Assembly: GCA_963803975.1 (NCBI GenBank)
Contig: CAWDOY010000045.1
Location: 50,684-114,683, forward strand
Source of the DNA: an uncultured delta proteobacterium
GTDB taxonomy: Bacteria > Desulfobacterota > WTBG01 > CAIYCZ01
Direction: 5' to 3'
Length of the DNA stretch: 64,000 nucleotides
Shown here: one piece after another, positions 25,550 through 36,793 of the stretch
How the letters are laid out: each line of letters opens with the position of its first letter
Numbering within the stretch: position 1 is the stretch's first letter
Translations under genes and position numbers: made by a program
Notes under the pieces: model-generated
Told to the model about the DNA's origin: nothing
The model's database searches: none
The model's input: only the letters and a program-made list of their open reading frames with translations

Positions 25550-26862
25550 CAGCTTTTTCACCGTCTCCATTGCCGAAACAATCGAGTCCTCCATGCTGAT
25601 ATAATCCCAGAGCCCGTAGCGGCCTATGGGATAGATATCAAAACTCTGCAGCCGCTTAAAGATTTGTTCAATCACCCGCTCGCGCTCGAAGGTATGGTGC
25701 ACATAGGCGCAACGGATGACATGCACGACGCTGCAGGTAATTGTTTCCGGCTGCACCCAGCCGAGGCGCGCCAGAGCTTTGATAACCCCGGGCTGAATAG
25801 TATTTATACTATTGACCCGGTCAATCTCCGCGCCGGGCACCCCCACCTCAACATACAGAGAAGAGCATCCCGGCGGGCACATGCCCCTGTTTATATTTGA
25901 ATAAAAGCCAACCCGGTAGAAGGGAACTGAAGGGTCAGGCACATATACCCAGTGAACGTCTGCAAGCTCTTCGGGCAGGGGCGCGCGCACTCCAAGGTTA
26001 AATACAATAGTTGAGCTGTGGCTCAGGGAATCGGCAAGCGCTGACGAGCTCCCGGTCCCCGGTTTTTCTGCACAGATCAGGAAGCGGAATGCTTGATAGC
26101 AGCACATCCCAGTCCAAGCTGCGGCCTGAGGTTGTTTGCAGCTTTTTATTCACAACATCAATTGCCGCCACTTCTTCAAGAAGGTGTAGCTCCGGTAAAC
26201 TGTTTTTCAGCCCTTCGGCGAGCTTTTCAATGCCGCCCCTGCGCGGATACCAGAAAGTTGCATTATAGCCTTCTGCTCTGCAGGGTGCTGCTTCAATGCC
26301 TGCGCGGATCAGCTGCTCATCAGGCGGGGGGAAGAACCGCTGCACCGCGTTAGCGGAGATGTGATCAAGCGAAGCAGCCAGAGTCTTCTCATTCTGCGGA
26401 ATCAGGAAAATATCCGCAAGCTTTTTGCCGAACCCCGCCAGCAGATAGTCCTTAAACGTTATCCCCCCGCTGGCCGGAAGCAGCGGGCGGGCCCTGTATG
26501 ACTCACTGCATGCCGAGCGCAGTCGCGGCGGGAGCTGGCCGATGTGGTACTGGACCGGGGCGGTAATAAGGTGCCCGGCAACGTAGCAGCATGATTTTCG
26601 CTCAAGGAGTTCCCAGTCAGCATTGCTCAGATCCGCATAGGGGATATCAGCCGGCGAATCATAGCGGGCAAGGTGCAGAAAATGGCCGGTGTAGTCAAAA
26701 CAGAATTCGTTGACTTTGATGGTGCGGGTGAGCCCGCCGGCAGCAGGACACGCCTCAAGAATTGTGCCGGTCTGCCCTGCTTCCTTGAGGGCGCGCGCCA
26801 GCGGTAAGCCCGGAGATGCCGGCACCGAGGACGACAAATTTATTCTTCAGAGATGTTTGCAT
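25544..26862 (-). CDS. FAD-dependent oxidoreductase (protoporphyrinogen oxidase/UDP-galactopyranose mutase-like; 2 or more frameshifts)
   Basis: ATG 26862 gives VVLGAGISGL; FDYTGHFLH; FWYPRRGG; GRYGLWDYISMED. Confidence 0.75.
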
Positions 26863-27035
26863 TTTTAGCGTAGGCGGTGTAAAATTTCCGCCATTATACC
26901 TGCCCTTTCATATTGAGGCAATGGGAATACAACTAGGGGTACAGGGTCAGGGTCGAGGGCGAGTGAAAATTCTTATAAATTTATTCGACTTAACCGCTTA
27001 GCACCCCATTGAATCCTTGACCTTTCACTGTTTTA

Positions 27036-27505
27036 ATGAATAAAAAAGACGATGTCAGGGATTCAACCATGCTGGCGGCGTTTTCACGCAGCTGGACAGC
27101 CCCCCGCAGCGCGAGCAGTTTCGCGTCTGGGATATATGGGAAGAGGTAGTGGGCCCCCAGATTGCAGGCAAGACCCGGCCTGAAGCACTGAGAAACGGTG
27201 TTCTGGTGGTGAGCGTGACAAGTTCTGTGTGGATGCAGGAACTGAGCTTTATGAAACAGAAGATCCTTGACCGGATCAACCAAACGCTTGCTCCCGGGAC
27301 GATCAGAGAAATCCGTTTCAAGCTGGGGGACATTCAGCAGGCCGGAGCAGGTTGCTATGAAGAGCCATTGCCGCAGCTTACCGAAGAAGAGCAGGAAATA
27401 ATTGCGCAGCACACGGCCTCTATTGAAGACCAGGGGCTGCGGGAGTCGCTGCAAAAACTCTTTACTGCCAGCAGGAGACGGAAAAAGAAGGGGGAGGGAT
27501 TTTAG
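27036..27505 (+). CDS. DUF721/DciA family protein (frameshift in the 5' part)
   Basis: WEEVVGPQIA...LVVSVTSSVWMQELSFMKQKIL...IREIRF. Confidence 0.8.
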
Positions 27506-27724
27506 CCTGTAACAATTGCTTGACTCCAATGGTTTATTTGGTGCAGTATTGTCCTAACATGTTAAGGAAGCATACCTTTTCAATCAGTTTCATGAAAAGG
27601 AAAAGGGGTGAAATGACCAGAACTCAGTGAAAAACTCTGTGATCCAAAGAGAACGCTGTTAACCTTGCAGTGCTGCAGAGGACGGGCGCTATTTAAGCAA
27701 ATTGAATTCCGGGGGTATTGAGCG

Positions 27725-28558
27725 ATGAAAGACATACAGGTATTAATTGTTGATGATGACCAGGAAGTAATGTCAATGCTCGCCGATATCGTGAGGGAGC
27801 TCGACCTGACACCGGTCACGGCTTCTCATGGCCGGGAAGCAATGGAAAAGCTTAAGGCCCAGAAGGTTGATCTGATTATTACCGACCTGGCAATGCCCAA
27901 AATGGGCGGGCTGGAGTTAATTAAGGAAAGCAGGCTGCTCAATCCCAAAATACCGATTGCCGTTATTTCCGGCCACGGCGAAGCCAAAAACGTCATTGAA
28001 GCACTCAACCGGGGAGCTTATAATTTTGTCAGCAAGCCCTTCACCATAAAAGAGATAGAGGCAATTATAAAAAAAGGGCTCCGGCTGCGGGAGTTTTCCC
28101 TGGGCACGTGCAAAATTTTAGAGGGGATCAGAAACTACACTGAAATTAACATCCCGAACAACCCGCATTATTTTCCGCCGGCCACGCTGTATATTGTGCG
28201 GGAATGCCAGTGGCGGGGAATTGAGGATGAAGATCAGTTGAGCAATATCTCGGTATGTGCTGATGAACTGCTCAACAATGCCCTCATCCACGGCAATGAT
28301 CTGGATGAGGACAAAAAGATCTCCATTCAGCTCATTTTTGACCCGGAAAAATTTACCATGAGTTTTGAGGATGAAGGCACGGGCTTTGACCATCACAAGA
28401 TAGTGACGGCTCTCTCTGCCGGGCATTCCGCACCGCCCACCAAGCGCGGGCTGTTTATTGTACAATCTCTTATGGATGAGTTCTCGTTCAATGAATCCGG
28501 CAATAAAGTCACGGCAGTTAAATATATTAATGAAGAGGGCCGGAGAATTCTGCATTAA
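27725..28558 (+). CDS. Response regulator receiver fused to an RsbW-like HATPase_c domain
   Basis: IVDDD, TDLAMP, KPF receiver motifs; ELLNNALIHGN, DEGTGF, KRGL. Confidence 0.88.
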   Translation: MKDIQVLIVDDDQEVMSMLADIVRELDLTPVTASHGREAMEKLKAQKVDLIITDLAMPKMGGLELIKESRLLNPKIPIAVISGHGEAKNVIEALNRGAYNFVSKPFTIKEIEAIIKKGLRLREFSLGTCKILEGIRNYTEINIPNNPHYFPPATLYIVRECQWRGIEDEDQLSNISVCADELLNNALIHGNDLDEDKKISIQLIFDPEKFTMSFEDEGTGFDHHKIVTALSAGHSAPPTKRGLFIVQSLMDEFSFNESGNKVTAVKYINEEGRRILH

Positions 28559-28609
28559 TCCTTCCAGAGTCCTGGTAAAAATTGAGCGCTTCTGTCTGCA
28601 TAGAGGAGA

Positions 28610-29402
28610 GTGGGGATGGTAACAGTCGGCATCATAGGCGGTACCGGTTTTGACAGTCCTGATATTCTGAAAAATATAACCAGAAAAAAAGTTCATACAC
28701 CCTTTGGCGCACCATCAGACCTGGTAACGCTCGGCACCTGCGGCAATGTTCAGGTGGCGATTATTCCGCGGCACGGCGCAGCACACAGCATCTATCCCAC
28801 GCTGGTCAATTTCCGGGCGAATATCTGGGCACTGAAGGAGCTCGGGGTTACCCATATTCTTGCCATCACTGCCGTAGGATCGCTCCGGGAAGAGATTGCC
28901 CCGGGAGACCTGGTGTTTCCCGATCAGTTTATTGACCGCACTACCCGGAGAAAATCGACCTTCTATGAAGGGCAGCAGGTGTGCCACATTCCCATGGCAG
29001 ATCCGTTCTGTGAAAAGCTGCGCTCGCTCCTGGGGAAACTTGCTGAAACAGCTTTCCCTGAAACATCACCAGCAGGGAACCATCATTACCATCGAAGGTC
29101 CGCGCTTTTCCACCAGGGCTGAAAGCAGGATGTTCCGGCTGTGGGGGGCTGATATTATCAACATGAGCACGGTGCCTGAAGTGGTGCTGGCGCGGGAAGC
29201 GGGAATCTGCTATGCCACGATTGCCATGAGCACCGATTATGACTGCTGGCACGAAAGCGAAGCGCCGGTTACCTGGGAAATGATTGAGCGGACCATGAAG
29301 CAGAATGCGGAACATGTCAAGAAGCTGCTGTTTGCCGCACTGCCTGAAATTACTTATGACAGCTGCCCCTGCAGGGAGGCGGTGAAGAGTTCAGTGCTGT
29401 AG
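28610..29402 (+). CDS. mtnP: S-methyl-5'-thioadenosine phosphorylase (frameshift near 29050)
   Basis: [35 protein letters not shown]. Confidence 0.92.
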
Positions 29403-29449
29403 AGCGTGCCGGGGATAGAGAACTTGCGTTACACGGTAAGGAGTCACCC

Positions 29450-29965
29450 ATGGATTTAAAACAGAAGATTAGGAGTATTCCGGATTTCCCCAAAGCAGGC
29501 ATTCTGTTTCGCGATATCACCACCCTGCTGAGCGATGCTGCAGGGTTTGCCTATGTGGTAGAGCAGCTTGCCCGGCGCTACCAGGACCGGGCCGTGGATG
29601 TGGTTGCCGGAATCGAGTCACGAGGATTTATTATTGGCGGCGCCATCGCCCACCAGCTGAAGAAAGGCTTTGTGCCCATCCGCAAGCCGGGGAAACTGCC
29701 GGCAGAGAAGCTCTCTGTTTCCTATTCCCTGGAATACGGGACCGACCGTGTCGAGATGCACACGGACGCAATTGCACGGGGGGCGCGGGTGCTGCTGGTA
29801 GATGATCTGCTGGCAACCGGCGGCACCATGAAGGCAGCCTGCGAACTGGTGGAGAAGGCAGGCGGAGAAGTGGTGGAATGCGCTTTTATCATTCTTCTTG
29901 CCGATTTGCCGGGAGAACAGCTTCTTAAAAAATACAGCGTCTTTTCTCTCATAGCTTACGATTGA
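29450..29965 (+). CDS. apt: Adenine phosphoribosyltransferase
   Basis: PDFPKAGILFRD, VDDLLATGGT. Confidence 0.97.
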   Translation: MDLKQKIRSIPDFPKAGILFRDITTLLSDAAGFAYVVEQLARRYQDRAVDVVAGIESRGFIIGGAIAHQLKKGFVPIRKPGKLPAEKLSVSYSLEYGTDRVEMHTDAIARGARVLLVDDLLATGGTMKAACELVEKAGGEVVECAFIILLADLPGEQLLKKYSVFSLIAYD

Positions 29966-30042
29966 CCGGCGGCCCGCCGGAGGTATGGCGCGGAGCGAAA
30001 GGGACAGCGCAGAGAATACGTACTGGTGAGAGCAGAATCAGC

Positions 30043-31047
30043 ATGAATAAAAACAGGGCTCTTTCTATCCTCAAGAAATTTCCCGAGGTGAGCATTCTCG
30101 TCATCGGCGATATCATGCTTGATGAATATATTGAAGGTTCCATCGAGCGCATATCCCCGGAGGCACCCATTCCGGTAGTAAGTATTTTCAACCGCAAAGC
30201 TGACCGGCGGCTGGGGGGGGCGGCAAATGTGTTTAATAACCTGAGCTCGCTGGGCGGTAAAAATATTTTTATGTGCGGTATTGTCGGCGATGATGAACCG
30301 GGAGACACTATTAAGAAACAGCTGCATGCGTGTGGTGCCGAGATAGAGGGCATGGTGGTTGAGCCCGGCAGGCCGACAACCGTCAAGACGCGCATTATTG
30401 CCCATAACCAGCAGGTGGTCCGTCTTGACCGGGAGGACCGGACGCCGATCTCACGGCAGAGCCGGCAGAAGATCATAGACTATATAAAAGACAAGCTCGC
30501 CTCGGTGCACGCACTGGTTATTTCTGATTATGAAAAGGGGCTTATCACCGAGCCGCTGCTGCGCGAGATCATAGCCTGCGCCGTGCGCGCGGGGATTGTG
30601 GTGGCTGTTGACCCCAAGTTCAGCAACTTTAAGCATTTTAAAAAAGTGACCATTGTTGTGCCCAACATCAAAGAGGCCCGGGCATTTGCCCGGCATGAGA
30701 TAGAAAGCCCCGAAGATGTGCTGGCAGCGGCCCGGTACATATTAAAGGCCCTTGCGTGCGAGTATGTGCTGATCAAGAAGGGGGAACAGGGCATGACCCT
30801 GGTGGACCGGGAAGGCCATGCGGTCTCCATCCCCACCGCAGCTCTTGAGGTCTATGATGTTACCGGGGCCGGAGATACCGTGATAAGCTCTCTCGTCCTC
30901 GCGCAGAGCGCCGGCGCTTCCTGGGAGGAAGCTGCCCGGATAGCAAATGTTGCGGCAGGCATTGCGGTCAGCCACCTGGGTACCACAACGGTGGCACTCA
31001 GTGAGCTGCAAACCCGGATTCAGAACAGCAGGCTGTCCCGTCTGTGA
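30043..31047 (+). CDS. rfaE1: D-glycero-beta-D-manno-heptose-7-phosphate kinase (HldE kinase domain)
   Basis: RISPEAPIPV, GGAANV, SDYEKG, DVTGAGDT. Confidence 0.93.
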   Translation: MNKNRALSILKKFPEVSILVIGDIMLDEYIEGSIERISPEAPIPVVSIFNRKADRRLGGAANVFNNLSSLGGKNIFMCGIVGDDEPGDTIKKQLHACGAEIEGMVVEPGRPTTVKTRIIAHNQQVVRLDREDRTPISRQSRQKIIDYIKDKLASVHALVISDYEKGLITEPLLREIIACAVRAGIVVAVDPKFSNFKHFKKVTIVVPNIKEARAFARHEIESPEDVLAAARYILKALACEYVLIKKGEQGMTLVDREGHAVSIPTAALEVYDVTGAGDTVISSLVLAQSAGASWEEAARIANVAAGIAVSHLGTTTVALSELQTRIQNSRLSRL

Positions 31048-31598
31048 GCATACCCCAACCGCCACAACCGGTAAAGCTCATCGTGAGCCTTTTATCTGCT
31101 CATACCCGGCTCATTGACGAGGTCTGTACAGACCTCAGCAGCAGGTTTGGCCCGCTTGATTTTATGAGCGAGCTCCTGCCGTTTCGCTATACCCGGTACT
31201 ACGAATCCGAGATGGGAGCTGATCTCAGGCGCCGCCTGGTCAGTTTTCAAAAGCTGATAGCGCCGGATACACTGCCGGAGATAAAGCTTGCAACCAATGC
31301 CCTGGAGAATGCCTGTGCCGATGCGCAGGAGAAGCGCAGGATCAATATCGACCCCGGATACATTGCCCTGTCACACGTAATTCTTGCAACCTGCAAAGGG
31401 TTTAGCCACCGGCCGTATCTGCGTGACGGCGTGTATGCTGACCTCACCCTTATATTCCGGGCGCAGTCATTTCAGGCCCTTGAGTGGACGTTTCCTGATT
31501 ACGGGTCAGCGGAGATGATAGAGCTTCTCAACACCATACGCAGTAATTATCTCGCTCAATGGCGGGCAGTGAAAAGCGAAGACGTGCCGAAGCCATAG
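31044..31598 (+). CDS. DUF4416 family protein
   Basis: YYESEMG, RRINIDPGY, HRPYL, WTFPDY. Confidence 0.85.
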   Translation: MSIPQPPQPVKLIVSLLSAHTRLIDEVCTDLSSRFGPLDFMSELLPFRYTRYYESEMGADLRRRLVSFQKLIAPDTLPEIKLATNALENACADAQEKRRINIDPGYIALSHVILATCKGFSHRPYLRDGVYADLTLIFRAQSFQALEWTFPDYGSAEMIELLNTIRSNYLAQWRAVKSEDVPKP

Positions 31599-31647
31599 AA
31601 ATAAAAATGCATGCAGCCCGGGCTGCAGTGATAAGAAAGAGGACCCC

Positions 31648-32526
31648 ATGATAAAAAGCATGACCGGCTATGGCCGGGGAGAGACCCTGCTTGACGGCAG
31701 AAAAGTTATAATCGAAATCCGCTCCACCAATCACCGTTTCTGCGATATTTCCCTCAAGCTGCCCCGGCGCTTTTCCCCGCTGGAAGCTGAAGTGAAAAAA
31801 TACGTAAGTTCCCGCGCAGCGCGGGGGAAAATAGATGTTACCGTACAGTTTGACAGTAACGGTGAGGATACCTGCAATTTCACCATCAACCTTCCTCTGG
31901 CCAGAACAGTCCATACCATGCTTGAGTCCTTAAAGCAGGAGTTCGGGCTGACAGAGGAGATAAGCCTGGCAACTATTCTGTCCTTTAAAGACATTATCGC
32001 GCCGGAAAAAGAGACCCCGGAAACCCAGCAAGACTGGGGCACGCTGCGGAAAGCTTTTGAGCAGGCTCTGGACGGCCTGCAGCAGATGCAGGAAGCGGAG
32101 GGCGTAGAAATAACAAACGATATGCGTGCCCGGCTTGACACCATTCGCCAGGGGATTTGCGACATTGAGACCCTGTTCCCCCGGACCCTGGCAGCACGGC
32201 AGCAGGCCCTGCGGGAGCGCATCAGCAAATGGTGCGAGGGAGTTGAGCTGGACGAGGCGCGCATGGCCCAGGAAATAGCCTATATTGCTGATAAGAGCGA
32301 TATTACTGAAGAGCTGATCAGGGCCCAGAGCCATCTGAAACAGTTTGAGCAATGGCTTGAATCGTCTGAGCCGGGGGGAAGGAAGCTTGACTTCCTGATT
32401 CAGGAGCTTAACCGGGAGGTAAATACCATCGGCTCCAAGGCAAGCGACTCGCAGATTTCACATATTGTGGTGCTCATGAAGAATGAGCTGGAGAAAATCA
32501 GGGAGCAGGTGCAGAATATACTGTAA
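31648..32526 (+). CDS. yicC: YicC/YloC family endoribonuclease
   Basis: MIKSMTGYG, GRKLDFLIQELNREVNTIGSK, REQVQNI. Confidence 0.95.
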   Translation: MIKSMTGYGRGETLLDGRKVIIEIRSTNHRFCDISLKLPRRFSPLEAEVKKYVSSRAARGKIDVTVQFDSNGEDTCNFTINLPLARTVHTMLESLKQEFGLTEEISLATILSFKDIIAPEKETPETQQDWGTLRKAFEQALDGLQQMQEAEGVEITNDMRARLDTIRQGICDIETLFPRTLAARQQALRERISKWCEGVELDEARMAQEIAYIADKSDITEELIRAQSHLKQFEQWLESSEPGGRKLDFLIQELNREVNTIGSKASDSQISHIVVLMKNELEKIREQVQNIL

Positions 32527-32605
32527 TGAACAGCAAACAGGTGATTCTCGCCGGCGTGCCGGCTAAAGACCATGGCCCGGTGTTTTTCGAGCGAAGGCAT
32601 ACACG

Positions 32606-33250
32606 ATGAGTAGCAGAGCCGTTCATACCAGTCAGCAAGATTCCCTTCTTTTTATTGTATCCGCGCCATCCGGCACCGGAAAGACCTCCCTGTGCAATGA
32701 GGTACTCCGCAGGGTGCCGCGCCTCAGCTTTTCCATCTCCCACACCACCCGCGCTGCCCGGCCCGGAGAAACACAGGGCATTGACTACTATTTTATTTCC
32801 CAGGATGAATTCCAGCAAAATATCGCGCAGCAGAAGATGGCTGAGTGGACCGAGATTTACGGGAACTGTTATGGCACGGCGGTCGACACGATCCAGCGGC
32901 TTTTTGCCGGCGGCGCTGATATTCTCTTTGATATAGATGAGCGGGGCGCGCGGCAGCTTACTGAAAAGTACCCGGACGCCGTCACCATTCTGATCCTTCC
33001 CCCGACGCTCGATGAACTGAAGAAGAGGCTCATGGAGCGGGGCACTGAGGACACGGAAAGTTTAAGCAGGAGGCTTAAGCGGGCCCAGAACGAAATCCAG
33101 ACCATGGCCTGGTACCGGTATGTGGTGATCAATGACCGGTTTGAGGATGCAGTAACGGCACTCACGTCCATAATTATTGCCGAGCGGTGCAAGAAAACGC
33201 ACGCAATTATTGACACTATTTTAAACAATGGCAGGCAGCGTGAAAAATAA
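32606..33250 (+). CDS. gmk: Guanylate kinase
   Basis: SAPSGTGKT, SHTTRAARPGE, YGT. Confidence 0.95.
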   Translation: MSSRAVHTSQQDSLLFIVSAPSGTGKTSLCNEVLRRVPRLSFSISHTTRAARPGETQGIDYYFISQDEFQQNIAQQKMAEWTEIYGNCYGTAVDTIQRLFAGGADILFDIDERGARQLTEKYPDAVTILILPPTLDELKKRLMERGTEDTESLSRRLKRAQNEIQTMAWYRYVVINDRFEDAVTALTSIIIAERCKKTHAIIDTILNNGRQREK

Positions 33251-33965
33251 ACTTATCATCGCTCTTGATGTTGACGCGCTGGAACGGGCCCGGGAACTGG
33301 TCGGGCTGCTTAAAAGTGATGTGGGTATGTTTAAAATCGGCAAGCAGCTCTTCACCCGCTACGGCCCGCAGGCGATTGACATGGTTCATACCCTGGGCGG
33401 TGAGGTATTCCTTGACCTGAAATTCCACGACATCCCCAATACCGTGGCCAAAGCAGCAGAAGCGGCGATGATGCACGGAGTGTTCATGTTCAATATCCAC
33501 GCTTCAGGCGGCTTTGAGATGATGAAACAGGCAGCGGCAGCAGTTCAGGCGAAAGCAGAGGCGCTTAATCAGCGCAGGCCGCTGGTACTTGCCGTCACGG
33601 TGCTGACATCGTTACATGCAGCAGACCTCTCAGCACTGGGGATTAACGCTGCTGTTCCTGAGCAGGTGGTACGGCTGGCCGGTCTTGCTAAAACCGCGGG
33701 GGTGGATGGCGTGGTAGCCTCGCCCCAGGAGATAGAGATGATTAAAAAAGAATGCGGCCATGATTTTCTGGTGGTAACTCCCGGTGTCAGGCCCCGCACC
33801 TCAAAGGCAGACGATCAAAAAAGAGTTCTCACTCCCGGCGAAGCTATCCGGAAGGGAGCAGACTACCTTGTGGTTGGAAGGCCGGTTACTGAGGCACCCG
33901 ACCCGCTGAAAGCGGTGCAGGATATTATTAAAGAAATTGAAGAACAGGCAACAGACAGAAGATGA
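33228..33965 (+). CDS. pyrF: Orotidine 5'-phosphate decarboxylase
   Basis: IIALD, FLDLKFHDIPNT, VTPGVR, VVGRP. Confidence 0.97.
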   Translation: MAGSVKNKLIIALDVDALERARELVGLLKSDVGMFKIGKQLFTRYGPQAIDMVHTLGGEVFLDLKFHDIPNTVAKAAEAAMMHGVFMFNIHASGGFEMMKQAAAAVQAKAEALNQRRPLVLAVTVLTSLHAADLSALGINAAVPEQVVRLAGLAKTAGVDGVVASPQEIEMIKKECGHDFLVVTPGVRPRTSKADDQKRVLTPGEAIRKGADYLVVGRPVTEAPDPLKAVQDIIKEIEEQATDRR

Positions 33966-34047
33966 CAGACAACAGATGACAGACTAAGAAACTGAACAGA
34001 CTAAAAATATCTGTCTTCTGTCTTCTGTTCTCTGTATTCTGTCCTCT
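33951..34047. repeat. Palindromic heptamer tandem repeat
   Basis: acagaNN units followed by mirrored tctgtNN units. Confidence 0.7.
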
Positions 34048-34056
34048 CTATTTCAT

Positions 34057-34805
34057 ATGCTTACCCTTTACGGCATCCATCCAGTACTTGAGGCGTTAAA
34101 GAAACGCCCGCGCGCGTTTCATCGCCTGTTTCTCTCCCGAGAAAGCGGAAGAGAAGACTTCACGCAGATTGTCTCGCTGGCCAGAGCAGCAAAAATCAAC
34201 ACCGCCCTTGTTACCATTAAAGAATTAGCCCAGATGTGCCGCTCAGAGCAGCATCAGGGCGTGGTGGCAGAAGTGGAACCGCTGCCTCTTCTTGACCATA
34301 GAGGATGTGATCTCTCTCTGGAAAGACAGCGGCGGCAAGGCGCTGTTTCTCATCCTTGACTCCATCCAGGACCCCCAGAACTTCGGCTCGCTCGTCCGCA
34401 GCGCCTACTGCTGCGGGGCAACGGCGGTCATATTCCCCAAAGACCGCTCAGCCGCAATTACCGGCACCGTGGCAAAAGCCTCGTCAGGCGCAGTCGAGCA
34501 CCTGCCGCTGTGCCAGGTGGTAAATATTGCCGCGACGGTTGAGATATTAAAAAAAGAAGGTGTGTGGATAGTAGGAACCACACCACGGGCAGAAAAGAGT
34601 CTCTATGAATTTGATTTCAATCTTGATATGGCGCTTGTGATCGGCAGCGAGGGAAAGGGCATGCGGCAGCTGATCTCAAAAAAATGCGACTTTCTCCATC
34701 TCCATTCCCATGAAGGGCGGGCTTGATTCCCTCAATGCTTCTGTGGCGGGGGCAGTGGTACTCTTTGAAATTATGCGGCAGCGGTCATACAGCCGGCAAC
34801 ATTAA
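34057..34805 (+). CDS. rlmB: 23S rRNA Gm2251 methyltransferase (2 frameshifts)
   Basis: YGIHPVLEAL, HQGV, DPQNFGS, GSEGKG, SLNASVA. Confidence 0.9.
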
Positions 34806-34850
34806 GATATATTTATGGGAGTTGGAAAAGAAGGGTAAATTATATTTATA

Positions 34851-35538
34851 TCAGAATTGAATTTCTCGGGCTGCCTTCACAAAGGCTCCCACTTTGGCGA
34901 GGTCTTTTTTGCCGCGGCAGACATCAGTGCCGGTGCAGGAGTCAACACCCCAGGGCTGCACCGCTTTAATTGCTGCGGCAACATTGTCCGGGTTGAGCCC
35001 GCCGGCAAGGATGACCGGCCGTTTGCTCTGCTCAACAATTTTTCTGCTCACGGTCCAGTCATGGACTTTTCCGGTGATGCCGATCATGCCGGGCACTTCA
35101 GTGCTTCCTTCAGAATAATCACCGGCATAGGTATCAAGAATAAAGAGGTCGGCAACCTCCTGGTACTCGCGGGCAATTGAAAGTGAATCAGTTTTATCCG
35201 AGCGGCCGGGAAGCCCCACCGGGAATTGCCTGGAGCATCTTTATATCTCCCAGGTCTTTGCGGATTGCGCGGGCCTCAGATAAGGGCAGCATGTCGGTGG
35301 AGCAGAAGTGCATCACATCAGGCTTTATTTCCTTTACTATGCGAAGCCCGGTCTCAAGGTCGCAGAAAACCGGCAGCAGCACGGTGGTCATCCGGCCGCG
35401 CACCAGATCCACGATCTGCTTCATCAGTGCCCGGTCATCCGGGTCATCCGCCACATCAAGGCCGATATAATCAACACCCAGTTCAACTAATGCCTTTGCA
35501 TCCTCTATAGTCTTGGTGCCGTAGATCTGAACAATCAT
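34851..35538 (-). CDS. TrpF-like (phosphoribosylanthranilate isomerase fold) protein (frameshift near 35210)
   Basis: MIVQIYG...LGVDYIG; ILDT...GITGKVHDW; ILAGGLNPDNV; WGVDS. Confidence 0.8.
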
Positions 35539-35591
35539 TTCCTTTTTTCCTCTGCGTTCTTTGCGGTGGCTCAGCGCATTTGGCACGAGCT

Positions 35592-36711
35592 TTATGCCGG
35601 CGGTTTCTTTTCCAGCACTTCGTAGATAAAGCCGTTGTTTGCAACTTCTGGCGTCAGCAGATAATCGATCCCCAGCTGCTCGTAGCAGTCCATGACCTCT
35701 TTTTCCTTGTGCTTGTCGCACAGGGTCACAATACCGGGGCCGGCAGATGATATGAACATCGCGGCCGGAGAATGCTTCTGCATTTTGTCCCGCAGCTTCC
35801 AGAACAACTCTTTTATACCGGGGAACATGTTCTCAAAGAGCTGCATGAAGGGATCATAGGAGAACGCTTTATAGATGCCGCTTCCGACCCGCCCGATGTC
35901 GCCATCTTTAATGGCAGTCTCTACTTCCTGAAAAACTTCCTTGTGAAACTTATCCATCTCCGGCAGCTTGTCCAGGATGTCCTGGAAGATGCCGCCCGCT
36001 TCCCGGGCCATGGCGCCCTTGGCATCAGGCTTTTCATAATCAGGGACACCGATCACATAGCCAAGCCCCTCGGGGATTGCCATGCGGTATTTGAGCTGGC
36101 TTTTGTCCACCAGTATTATCCCGCCCACCAGACCCATCCAGGATGTGCCGCCGGTACACTGAACGGTAATGAGATTATCATGGTCGCCGTCAATCTCTTC
36201 CCCGTAATTCTGCGCTAAAAACCTGGGCAGCTTGTCGTTCTGAATGGGGTCGCCCAGCAGCTTATTAATTGAGAGGGCCGTGGCCGTGAAAAGCGCGGCA
36301 GATGAGCCTGAGCCAACGTGCCGGTAGGGGAAATCATTGTTTGCCTCAACCAGAAAACCGCCCTGATAATTGACCTGCTTGCGTGTTATCTCTGCTGCGT
36401 GCCGGACAATGCTTGACCTGCGTGAGCTCTCAGTGACATGCAGCGTATCGTATAACGACACATCAGCGTGGGTGCGCAGGTTGACGCCGAAGGATACTTC
36501 ACCATAATTGAACTCTCCGGTCTTTTCCTGCTCCACCAGGCCCTTGATATTTTTAAAGAGAGCAAAGAGCCGCCCCGGAACCGTGGTCCGCACCCGCTTA
36601 TAGTGCAAGGTTTATCTTGTCGCTGAAACCGTCTGCCAGGGGATATACAAGGTTTCCTATCTTTACCTTTTTAAAATTCCACTGCTCAAGTATTTCATCA
36701 TGTTCGTCCAT
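35592..36711 (-). CDS. GHMP-kinase superfamily protein, beta-RFAP synthase (MptG)-like (frameshift near 36608)
   Basis: RBS GGAGG then ATG 36711; TVPGRL, PYRHVGSGSS, SSAGPG, C-terminal ANNG. Confidence 0.7.
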
Positions 36712-36793
36712 TAAAAAACCTCCGGTTTTTAGCTGTCAGCCAGTTCAGCAAACAAATAAAAAGTTGCTGAACGCTGATAGCTGATAGCTTATT

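Noticed and set aside
27608..27721. GTG-AAA-TGA small ORF as a selenoprotein (selB is in the window)
   Set aside because: No recognisable redox motif and no convincing SECIS hairpin after the UGA.
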